Below, piece by piece: positions 7,152 to 15,029 of a DNA stretch of 15,029 bases; position 1 is the first letter of the stretch; every line of letters begins with the position of its first letter. A program made the translations under genes and the position numbers. The notes under the pieces are model-generated. The model was not told the DNA's origin and did no database searches. It saw only the letters and a list, made by a program, of their open reading frames with translations. Source of the DNA: a bacterium (GTDB lineage: Bacteria > Zhuqueibacterota > Zhuqueibacteria > Oceanimicrobiales > Oceanimicrobiaceae); contig JBHHYI010000099.1 of the NCBI GenBank assembly GCA_046757525.1, positions 1 to 15,029 of the forward strand. The letters run 5' to 3'.

Positions 7152-9197
7152 TTAGTTTCTTCCTATACGTTCTTTGGCGTTGTCGATGGCGTCCAGGATG
7201 ATCTTGTTGTATGGTTGTTGCTGTCTCACTTCTTCCCAAATCTTCAGGGCTTCTGTATACCGCTTCTGCTTGAAAAAGCGCATGCCTCTGGCAAACTTTC
7301 CTCTGATTTCAGGAGGCATATCCTGCAGGGTTGCGCGAGCCCGGGCCTGGGCTTGATCGTAGTATTTCAAAGCCTTTGGATCTTTGGGTTTGATCTTGAG
7401 CGCAGCCTCGAAGAATTTCGCGGCATTGGCCCAGTCTTTGCGGGCGTAATTCTGCAGCCCTTGCTCAAAACTCTGTTTAAAGCTCAACTGGCTTTGCAAG
7501 CTGTTGATCTTGCTCTCGATGGCACTGCGTTCGGCGCCGGACAGGCCCAGGCCTCTCAGTTCATTAAGGACATTCAAGGCTTGCACAAAGTTACCTTGAT
7601 GGGCGAGATTGTCCGCTCTGCGGATCTTGTCCCGGATATTGCCGGCCAGTTGCTCTTCTGCGGTCTTGATGTCGTTTTCGACCTGCCCCCTGACATCGTT
7701 CACCCATTTGGGTAAATCTGCATTCTTATTGTCGGCGATTCTATCTAAGACCAACTTCCATTCATCGATTGCGCGGCTATAATTCCCTTCCTTAAAGAGC
7801 GCGTTGCCTCTTTCCCGGTGTTTGATAATGAAATCGCTGAGTTGTTCCTCCAGGCCTGAACGCTGCCCCTGGACGTAGAATTGTTCCCGTTCTTTTTTGC
7901 GCAAGGTGTCGTATTTTGCGTTAGCCAGTTCCAGCATGTTTTGCGCCTCTTCCAAAGCAGAGTTTGCGGTTTCCACCTTGACATTGGCTTCCGGATCGTC
8001 GGTCATTTCGCCACGCAATTTCAATGCGCTCTCAACCAGGCCGTTGGCGGCATCCAGAGCGCTCTGGAATTTGGCGTAGGCGCCCAGATAGTCCCCATTG
8101 TAATATTTTTCGCGCCCGTCTTCCATGCTGGAGTTGAATTCCGTTTCTCGAGTAAACCACATTTGACTGGCGAATTGGCGGCGCTGCTCTCTTTCCCGGC
8201 GTTCTGCAGCGATGCGCATCACTTCATGTTTCCCTTTGCCGAACTCAACGGTTATGGTAAACCTGTGATTGCCCGAGAAATCGACGCCATCGAAGAGTTT
8301 GCCGAAAGAATAATCGAAACGAAAGTTTTGGTAGGTGGCCCCGGCTCCAAACGCGACTTGCCCGTCATTGACGCCGAGACGCAGCATGGCCCGATTCTGG
8401 AACGAATATTCGGCGCCCAGGTGGTACATAGAGGGGGCATCCTCGCTTTTGTCAAAATCCAGGAGAAAGGTCAGGGCGTTCTGTTGCATGCCGAAATGAA
8501 AGGGCTTGGCAAGACCGAATTTCAAATTCACCGGGGAGGGCACTGATTGTTCTTGCAGTCGGGTTCGCGGTCGAAACAGGTTCTGCACGTTGAGCCCTAC
8601 CGAAAGGTCCCTTAGCAAGCCGTTGTCAAAGTCTGGGCGATACAACAGCCCCAGGTCGCCGCCAAATCCCGTATCGGTCAGGTTGAAGTCGCTGAAATTA
8701 AAGCGCTCGATCTTGATCGAAAGCCCGGCAGAGAAATTCTGAAATATTTGTTTGCCGTAGGAAAACAGAAACTGTTGTTGGCTGAAACTGGACACGTTGC
8801 CAGGCACGCCCGCCTCATCCCGTTCGGTCACGCCGTCGACGCCAATACGAATCCAGCCGAAGCCAAAGCTTCCTACCGAAACGGAAGGATAGACAAAGCC
8901 TAAATAATTGTAACTGGACCCCGCGACCAGACTGGAATAATAAAAGCTGGCACTCTTTTTTTCTAAGAAATCGAGACCGGCCGGGTTCCAAAAAACCACG
9001 GTCGGATCGTTTGCTGCGGCCACGTAGGCGCTGCCCAGCGCCAGCGCCCGCGACCCAACACCAGCAGCCGAGAACAAGCTGTTGACGCCACCGACCCCAT
9101 CCTGGGCCTTAGAGGGTCCGGCTAACAAACACAAACAAACCACGGCTCCCCAGCCCGAATTCCTTTTCAAACATGTGCGCATTTTCTGTCTCAACAT
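7152..9197 (-). CDS. PorV/PorQ-family (FadL-like) outer-membrane beta-barrel protein with C-terminal coiled-coil/TPR extension
   Basis: Signal-peptide-like N-terminus (basic, hydrophobic, SKA|Q). Family-typical plug motif GVGSRALALGSAYVAAANDPTVVFWNPAGL. Amphipathic strands DLGLLY, VGLNVQNL, HLGAEY, LRLG, FGAG, FRFDYSF, ending NHRFTITVEFG (~8240). TPR-like helices follow (GNALFKEGNYSRAIDEW, WANAAKFFEAALKIKPKD, YTEALKIWEEV). Confidence 0.8.
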   Translation of the reverse strand: MLRQKMRTCLKRNSGWGAVVCLCLLAGPSKAQDGVGGVNSLFSAAGVGSRALALGSAYVAAANDPTVVFWNPAGLDFLEKKSASFYYSSLVAGSSYNYLGFVYPSVSVGSFGFGWIRIGVDGVTERDEAGVPGNVSSFSQQQFLFSYGKQIFQNFSAGLSIKIERFNFSDFNLTDTGFGGDLGLLYRPDFDNGLLRDLSVGLNVQNLFRPRTRLQEQSVPSPVNLKFGLAKPFHFGMQQNALTFLLDFDKSEDAPSMYHLGAEYSFQNRAMLRLGVNDGQVAFGAGATYQNFRFDYSFGKLFDGVDFSGNHRFTITVEFGKGKHEVMRIAAERREREQRRQFASQMWFTRETEFNSSMEDGREKYYNGDYLGAYAKFQSALDAANGLVESALKLRGEMTDDPEANVKVETANSALEEAQNMLELANAKYDTLRKKEREQFYVQGQRSGLEEQLSDFIIKHRERGNALFKEGNYSRAIDEWKLVLDRIADNKNADLPKWVNDVRGQVENDIKTAEEQLAGNIRDKIRRADNLAHQGNFVQALNVLNELRGLGLSGAERSAIESKINSLQSQLSFKQSFEQGLQNYARKDWANAAKFFEAALKIKPKDPKALKYYDQAQARARATLQDMPPEIRGKFARGMRFFKQKRYTEALKIWEEVRQQQPYNKIILDAIDNAKERIGRN

Positions 9198-9215
9198 AAT
9201 AACAATCTCACTAAG

Positions 9216-12200
9216 TTAGCGGGTTATGGCAATTTTGGTGGTGGCTTTGCCGCTGTTGGTGGACAAAACAGCGACGTAAACACCGTTTAGAACCTTTTGA
9301 CCCTTGTCATTTTTTCCTTCCCACATGATATCCTTGTCGTGGTTGCCTGCCTTGCCCTGCGGATCGGTGGCCGCGAACGACCTGGACCAAACCATTTCGC
9401 CCAACAGGGTGTAGACTCGGATGGTGATGTCCGAATCCTGGGCCAGGTTGTAGCTAAAGAAAGTTTGCTTCCGGGTTGAGTAGCCGAACGGATTGGGATA
9501 GTTGAAGAAACTCGATTGCAGATCCGCATTTATGAGCACCGACACCCCAGACGTTAGCGAGCTAATCGGGTTCCCCGTGCCGTCTTCGATGCCAACCCGG
9601 TTGCCATCGGCGTCTATGGCCATGATTTCATCCTGGGGCGAGTCGAGCACGAACTGAAAAGCCGACACCTCGGATTGATCGAGCAAATCCACCTGAAAGT
9701 CAATGGAGATATTCTGGTTGGGAGGCACCATGATTGCCGGGCTGAAGGACAGTTCAATTCGGTCGGCCGCGGTGAGCACAGGTGCGGGGCCAAAGACGGT
9801 GTTCGAATTCAAATAGTCCACCACGGAGAGGCCACTCAGGAAGGCGTTGGGCGCCAGGGAATCCCCGGCACTATTCTGTACCGACAAGTTGACTTTTTCA
9901 ATGTTAATAATTAGATCGCTGTCGTTGTCGAATTGCAATCCAAAGATGGAAACATTCTTCGCCCCGCGAACTGCCGTCCCCTTTTTTCGGTCTGTTAGGA
10001 GCGTGGTGCGTAATCCAATAGGCGCGGTGGTCACTGAAATGATGACGTCCGTAGCGTTCACCGTGGGAGGCTGATTGGTATTTTCATCCAAAGACAATGG
10101 TTGCAGCTCCACAACGATGTCTAAAATAGGCGTCGTCTGATTCGGGGCGGTGATGATCCAGGTAGCCTGGCCGCCAGGAAAGGGCGCAATGCTCTTCACC
10201 AGGGGATCGTTAGTAGTGTAGGGCGCTGGCAGGGTTATTTTTACGCTGTCCAATCCGCTCAAGCCGGCACCGCTGTTTTGCAGTTGCGCCGTAACGGTAA
10301 ACACCTGGCCAAACGAAAGCTCTTTGTCCTGCGCTGAAGGCGGAGAGGAAATAAACGCATTAAAAGTAAGCTGCGCCTTGTTCACCACCGTGGTCAGCAT
10401 TGAATCCGGATCAGCAGAAATCGTTTGGTTCGGGTTGCTCGCGTCGGTTCCGGTCACCTTGACTTTAATCAAACCCGAGAAAGGATTGACCGGCGCCTGC
10501 ACCGTCCACTGCACGGTGGCTTCGGGTCCTTGCGAAGTAATGTCCTGAAAGCGATTGCCGCCGCCACCGATCACCCGGAATCCCGAGCCCGCAGGGAAGA
10601 CGATTTCGGCCTGAATATTCCGCGCCCGGGAAAATTGCACCTCGGCTTCCACGGTGAACTGCTGGTCGGCGGACAGTACTCCGTCGGTGGCACCGGCAGG
10701 GGCCGTGATGCGCAAGGTGTCGATGGCAATGGTGCCTACGTCGATGATTTCAACATTCAAGGTCTTGGTGAGCTGCTGTGGGTCGTGCTCGGCGGTATTG
10801 TTGGTGTTCTCGTCATCCGGAATGCTGTCCAGCATGACCGAAATGGTCTTTCCGCCTATTGTTGCCGCGGCTGGCACGGTTAAATCCCAGGTGACAGCCG
10901 TTCCCGGCACGAAGGTCTGCCGCAAGCTGTCCGACGTTTCAAAGCCAGAATTGCCCAGGTCCAGCCGCAGCACCGCCGGACCTTCCACTTGCGCCACACC
11001 GGTGTTGAGCACCAGGGCCGACAGTTCAAACGCTTGGCCGATGGAAACTTGCGTGGCGTTGTTGGGATTGGAAATCTTGAAGTTGTCGATATCGATGAAG
11101 GCTCTGGCCACGGCCACGACCGCTACCGTATCCCGCGTATCGGTAACGAGACTTCCCTTGTCCCAGCCGCGAACGCGTACCCCGATGGGAAACGGGGAGG
11201 CGTGCGGCAGGTTTGTGGCCTCAACGGTCCAGAGAATCCGCTCCTGGTCGTTGGGGTTGTCCAGAAACACCGAGCTTTGGAAAGTAGGCGTCAGCGAATA
11301 GCCGTTCGCCGCAGATAGATCCAGATCGGTGCGCACAGAATCGATGTTCTCCGAGACACTCAGCGTTGCTTCTAAGTCGAACCGTTGTTTGGTCGACAGT
11401 ATGTTGTCGGTGGCGCCCGGTGGATTTGCGACGCGCCAGTTCTGAATGAACAGGTCGATGTCGAGCGTTTGGATGACGGCCGTATCGGTCAGGGCTTCCG
11501 TGGCGGCGGAAAGCAGGGTGTTTTTCTCTTTTGGCACCTGAAATATCTGAACCACGAACGTGTCGGCAACGGTTGCCGTGTCTGGCGCCTTGAGCTGCCA
11601 TTCGATGGTTTGGCCTTCTGAGAACGCCTGAATGGAGTTGGTGCCAACGAAGCTGTATTTGGAGTCTTGAATCAGGCGCAGCAAGCCGGTATCGTCGACT
11701 TGCGCCTCCCCGGAATTCGTCACCCTGGCCCGCACGGTGAAAGTGTCGCTTGCGGTCTGAAACGGATCGATTTGGGTAAAGTCCACGCGCAGCAACGCCG
11801 GTGTCTGGACCTTGACGATGGCATTGTCGTCCAGTGACGAACCAATTTGCGCTTGCGCACCACTCTGCTGGCCCGTGCCCCCTAAGATTTGCGCGGTAAA
11901 CGTCTCAGCAGAATTTCTGGTGGAAGAAGCAATGACATCGAACATTTTGGTTACAGACGCTCCGGAGGCAATCACGGGTATGGTGTCTGGATTCACCACC
12001 ACCGTTGAAAAGCCGTTGGAGGTGAGCTGCACCACCACGTTTTCCACCGCTTCCCCCAGATCGTTTTTCACATTTACGGAGATCTTGAACGCTTGACTGG
12101 TATCGACGATGCCAATGCCCTGGGAAGAATTGCTCGTCTCCGGATTGGTTTGAGCAATGAAAATAGTCCGATTGGGACTGATTATGTTGACCACGCCGGT

Positions 12201-15029
12201 GCCCGAATCGTTGGTATCGTCGAAAATGGTGTTGCTGGTGCCCACATCGGTGCCCTGGACCCGGCCGGTGATCGTGGCCGTTCCAATGGTCGCCCCGGTC
12301 ACGTCGATGACAAAATTCAGGGTGTCGCGGGCGCCGCTGTTCAGGCGAATGCCCCCGCCCGCCAGCGAGGTCGGATAGACGATGGTGTACTGGGGGGTCC
12401 GGTCACTGCCGATGATGAACTTAATGAAGGTATTGGCCGGACTAAAATCGATGTCAATGGGATCGGGACCGTTGTTTTTGACAGCCATTTTAACCGTCCA
12501 GTCGTCGGTTTGATTGGCAAAAAAGGTGCTTTTGGGCGTCGGCGTAAGCGAAAGGATTTGCAGGGTGGGTGCTCCTTGCACGGTCCAGGCATGTCTGCTG
12601 TCGGCATTTAAGTCGCTGATCGATGAATCAGAGTTTGCGTCGCGGCCAAAAACCTGCACATCGATCTCGTAATGGCCTGTGTCGGCTGTCGATCCCACCG
12701 TCACAGTAAAATTGAACGTGGCCTGGTCGCCGCCGGTAATGGAATCGGGATTGCCCACGTCCGGCTGGAACGGAAAATCCGACGACTTGTCCACACTGCC
12801 GTCTTTCAAGAATCTCAGTTTAAGGCTGTCGATCAATGCGGTTGCCGTGGTGGTGAACCCCGGATTGTTTTGCACGACCACGCTCACTCCGATTCCAGGT
12901 TGGCCCACGGTGACCAGCGTTTCCGAGCTGGTCACGGAAACGGCTTTAAGCTCGGCCACGCTTTGCACGGCCCAGCTATCGGTTGTCAAGGCGCCCTGGG
13001 CCGAGACGTCGGCAGCCCCGATTTTGCCGTTCACCGTGCCGTCAATAGTAATGGTCTCCAGCGAGGCGCTCGGCTGCACCGTGACGTCAAAAGTCAAGGT
13101 GCGCTTGCCGCCGCCAGGAATGTCGGTAAAGGGATCGGTTCTAACCTGGGAATACTGCCCGGTGCGATCGACAGCCCCGGCGTTGGCAAACGAGAGGCTG
13201 GCGTCCAAATTGGTTATGGTAGAAATGCTCAAATTGTCGACCACCAATCTTACCTCGATGTTGCGCTGTCCCTGGCTCACCGTCGTTGGATCAGTCTCGA
13301 TAGACTCAATGGCCATACTGCCAATGGCAATGGCGGTATTGCCCGAAGCATTGCCGCTAAAGACGCTGATGATGACGGTGCCGCCGGTGGTGCCCGCTTT
13401 AAACTCAAACGACAACTGACTGCTGGCATTGGTGGCGATCTGGTGGCCCGGCGTGCCCGGGTCGGCATCAGGTGTGACGATGGTGCCCAGATTGTTGTCG
13501 GAGAGCGTGACCAAAAACAAGGTGTTGACACCCACCGCGTTGCTGTCCCCATCGACTATGGTGGCAGAGGTGATTGTGGATTGGGAGGTGCCGTCGGCCG
13601 CCAGGGCAGCCGGCACCGGCGTCAAGGTCACCGTACCAACCGGAATGCCGGGAACGACGGTAATGGTGCCGGTAGAATCGTCCGCAGCGGTTACGTGGTC
13701 GGCGAAGATCTTGCCGCTGGCTGGAGCCAGCGTTGGTCTGAAGGTGACGCTGCTGACAACCAGTTGATTGATTGCCGGCGTCAAATTGCCGCCGGAGAAC
13801 CAATCCACGGCGACGTCGCCGATAAACTGATTGCCGGCGTCGTAACCAGCGGCAAACAGGCTCAGCGAGTCGTCAGCGGTGATCTGTCTGTCGCTCACCA
13901 CGTTGCCCAGGCCGTTGGCAGCATCCCGAATAATTATTTTGGCAATGCTACCCACGGTGATGAGCCCGGTGGAATCGCCCTGCACATTGACATCGGCAGT
14001 ATCTGCGGTAATCATGCCGCTGCTGGGTTTTATCGGGTCAAAGGTGGTGCTGGTGCCGATGAGGGGACTGGGTAAATCCAATGTGCCGGTGGTGTCCCAG
14101 GTGGCGGTCACCTCCCGGATGTAGTTGCCAAACACATCGTAGCCAGCGGCATAGAGGGTCAACCGTTCATCCAGCGTCAAACCTCGATCGCCGACTTCCA
14201 CGCCTAACCCGCCGGCAGCATCACGGATGAGCAGATGATCCAGAGCACCCGGATCCACATTGAACACAGAGGAGCTACTGGTCACAGCGTTAAAGGTGGC
14301 GGTAATCTTGTCACCAACCGTCTTGCGGGTGATCGTCACATTGCCTGTCAGTTGCCCATTGGTGAAGGGGCCAAAACGGGCTGGTGAAATGGTACCGGTG
14401 ACATCTGACAGCGTAAGTGAGTCGGTAAAACTTTCTACTGTGTTTTCAAATGTGTCTAAAGCCGTAATGGTAAGACTAAAGGGTGTGCCCGCTACTTGCG
14501 GACTGGGGATGTCGCTGAAGGCAAAATGGTCCAGGGCAGCGGCGTCCACATCGAAAGAATTCGAGGCCCCGGACTTGCCCACACCCGTAGCGGTAATCAC
14601 ATTGGCGGTCATGCTCTTGGTGATGGTCACCGAGAAATTGCTCAGCACGCCGCCGCTAAAATTGCTGGTTAGGGTTGGGGAAATGGTCCCGGTCAGGTCG
14701 CTCAGATTGACCGTGCCTGTGAAACCGGTCACCGTGTTGTTGCTGGCGTCCTCCGCTGTGATGGTAATGTTGAACGGCGTGCCAGCGGTCTGAGGCGAGG
14801 TAATGGCTGCAATGGTAAAGTGATCCACCGTGGTCGAGGTCACATCGAACGCATTGCTGGTGCCGGTCTCGGTGCCACCGGTGCGGGTCACGGTAATCGT
14901 GTTGCCGGTGGTCGCAGTGCTAACCGTCACCGTTCCCGACCATTTGCCGTCGCTAAAATTCCCGCTCACCGTGGGCGTTATGGAACCCGACCCATCGCTG
15001 ATGTCCACGGTGTCGGTAAAACTGGTCAC
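9216..15029 (-). CDS. Giant secreted/surface protein with tandem Ig-like beta-sandwich repeats and C-terminal T9SS-type/FlgD-Ig sorting domain (5' end outside window)
   Basis: Open to the window edge for 1937 codons. T/S/G/V/D-rich, no Cys seen, beta-strand-like composition with internal repeats. C-terminus FFNYPNPFG...FSYNLAQDSDITIRVYTLLGEMV...WEGKNDKGQKVLNGVYVAVL...KIAITR (~9219-9510). Confidence 0.85.
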   Translation of the reverse strand: MTSFTDTVDISDGSGSITPTVSGNFSDGKWSGTVTVSTATTGNTITVTRTGGTETGTSNAFDVTSTTVDHFTIAAITSPQTAGTPFNITITAEDASNNTVTGFTGTVNLSDLTGTISPTLTSNFSGGVLSNFSVTITKSMTANVITATGVGKSGASNSFDVDAAALDHFAFSDIPSPQVAGTPFSLTITALDTFENTVESFTDSLTLSDVTGTISPARFGPFTNGQLTGNVTITRKTVGDKITATFNAVTSSSSVFNVDPGALDHLLIRDAAGGLGVEVGDRGLTLDERLTLYAAGYDVFGNYIREVTATWDTTGTLDLPSPLIGTSTTFDPIKPSSGMITADTADVNVQGDSTGLITVGSIAKIIIRDAANGLGNVVSDRQITADDSLSLFAAGYDAGNQFIGDVAVDWFSGGNLTPAINQLVVSSVTFRPTLAPASGKIFADHVTAADDSTGTITVVPGIPVGTVTLTPVPAALAADGTSQSTITSATIVDGDSNAVGVNTLFLVTLSDNNLGTIVTPDADPGTPGHQIATNASSQLSFEFKAGTTGGTVIISVFSGNASGNTAIAIGSMAIESIETDPTTVSQGQRNIEVRLVVDNLSISTITNLDASLSFANAGAVDRTGQYSQVRTDPFTDIPGGGKRTLTFDVTVQPSASLETITIDGTVNGKIGAADVSAQGALTTDSWAVQSVAELKAVSVTSSETLVTVGQPGIGVSVVVQNNPGFTTTATALIDSLKLRFLKDGSVDKSSDFPFQPDVGNPDSITGGDQATFNFTVTVGSTADTGHYEIDVQVFGRDANSDSSISDLNADSRHAWTVQGAPTLQILSLTPTPKSTFFANQTDDWTVKMAVKNNGPDPIDIDFSPANTFIKFIIGSDRTPQYTIVYPTSLAGGGIRLNSGARDTLNFVIDVTGATIGTATITGRVQGTDVGTSNTIFDDTNDSGTGVVNIISPNRTIFIAQTNPETSNSSQGIGIVDTSQAFKISVNVKNDLGEAVENVVVQLTSNGFSTVVVNPDTIPVIASGASVTKMFDVIASSTRNSAETFTAQILGGTGQQSGAQAQIGSSLDDNAIVKVQTPALLRVDFTQIDPFQTASDTFTVRARVTNSGEAQVDDTGLLRLIQDSKYSFVGTNSIQAFSEGQTIEWQLKAPDTATVADTFVVQIFQVPKEKNTLLSAATEALTDTAVIQTLDIDLFIQNWRVANPPGATDNILSTKQRFDLEATLSVSENIDSVRTDLDLSAANGYSLTPTFQSSVFLDNPNDQERILWTVEATNLPHASPFPIGVRVRGWDKGSLVTDTRDTVAVVAVARAFIDIDNFKISNPNNATQVSIGQAFELSALVLNTGVAQVEGPAVLRLDLGNSGFETSDSLRQTFVPGTAVTWDLTVPAAATIGGKTISVMLDSIPDDENTNNTAEHDPQQLTKTLNVEIIDVGTIAIDTLRITAPAGATDGVLSADQQFTVEAEVQFSRARNIQAEIVFPAGSGFRVIGGGGNRFQDITSQGPEATVQWTVQAPVNPFSGLIKVKVTGTDASNPNQTISADPDSMLTTVVNKAQLTFNAFISSPPSAQDKELSFGQVFTVTAQLQNSGAGLSGLDSVKITLPAPYTTNDPLVKSIAPFPGGQATWIITAPNQTTPILDIVVELQPLSLDENTNQPPTVNATDVIISVTTAPIGLRTTLLTDRKKGTAVRGAKNVSIFGLQFDNDSDLIINIEKVNLSVQNSAGDSLAPNAFLSGLSVVDYLNSNTVFGPAPVLTAADRIELSFSPAIMVPPNQNISIDFQVDLLDQSEVSAFQFVLDSPQDEIMAIDADGNRVGIEDGTGNPISSLTSGVSVLINADLQSSFFNYPNPFGYSTRKQTFFSYNLAQDSDITIRVYTLLGEMVWSRSFAATDPQGKAGNHDKDIMWEGKNDKGQKVLNGVYVAVLSTNSGKATTKIAITR

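Noticed and set aside
12672..14075. 467-aa plus-strand ORF (and other plus-strand ORFs within 9216-15029)
   Set aside because: Antisense shadow of the giant gene's biased codon usage, with no recognisable motifs.

Overview
Bacterial genomic window in which all six supportable genes are on the minus strand. The gene content suggests an FCB-superphylum lineage such as KSB1/Calditrichota, but this is inference only. In transcription order (right to left): (1) a giant (>1937 aa, 5'-truncated) repetitive Ig-like surface protein ending in a T9SS-type/FlgD-Ig C-terminal sorting domain; (2) a PorV/PorQ-like outer-membrane barrel with an unusual ~360-aa coiled-coil/TPR tail; (3) a 1267-aa membrane protein fusing an RsbW-type kinase, a 2-TM sensor, HAMP, a SpoIIE/PP2C phosphatase, HTH modules, an acidic linker and TPRs; (4) an RsbV-type STAS protein with a C-terminal HTH-like module and its own near-consensus sigma70 promoter; (5) obgE; (6) dprA. 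Bases 1-300 are non-coding and hold several different palindromic REP-like elements. Two observations stand out. Genes 1-4 could form a trans-envelope partner-switching signalling system. The kinase/phosphatase and the STAS protein also share a 54-aa module resembling the DNA-binding N-terminus of IS481/IS3-type transposases.
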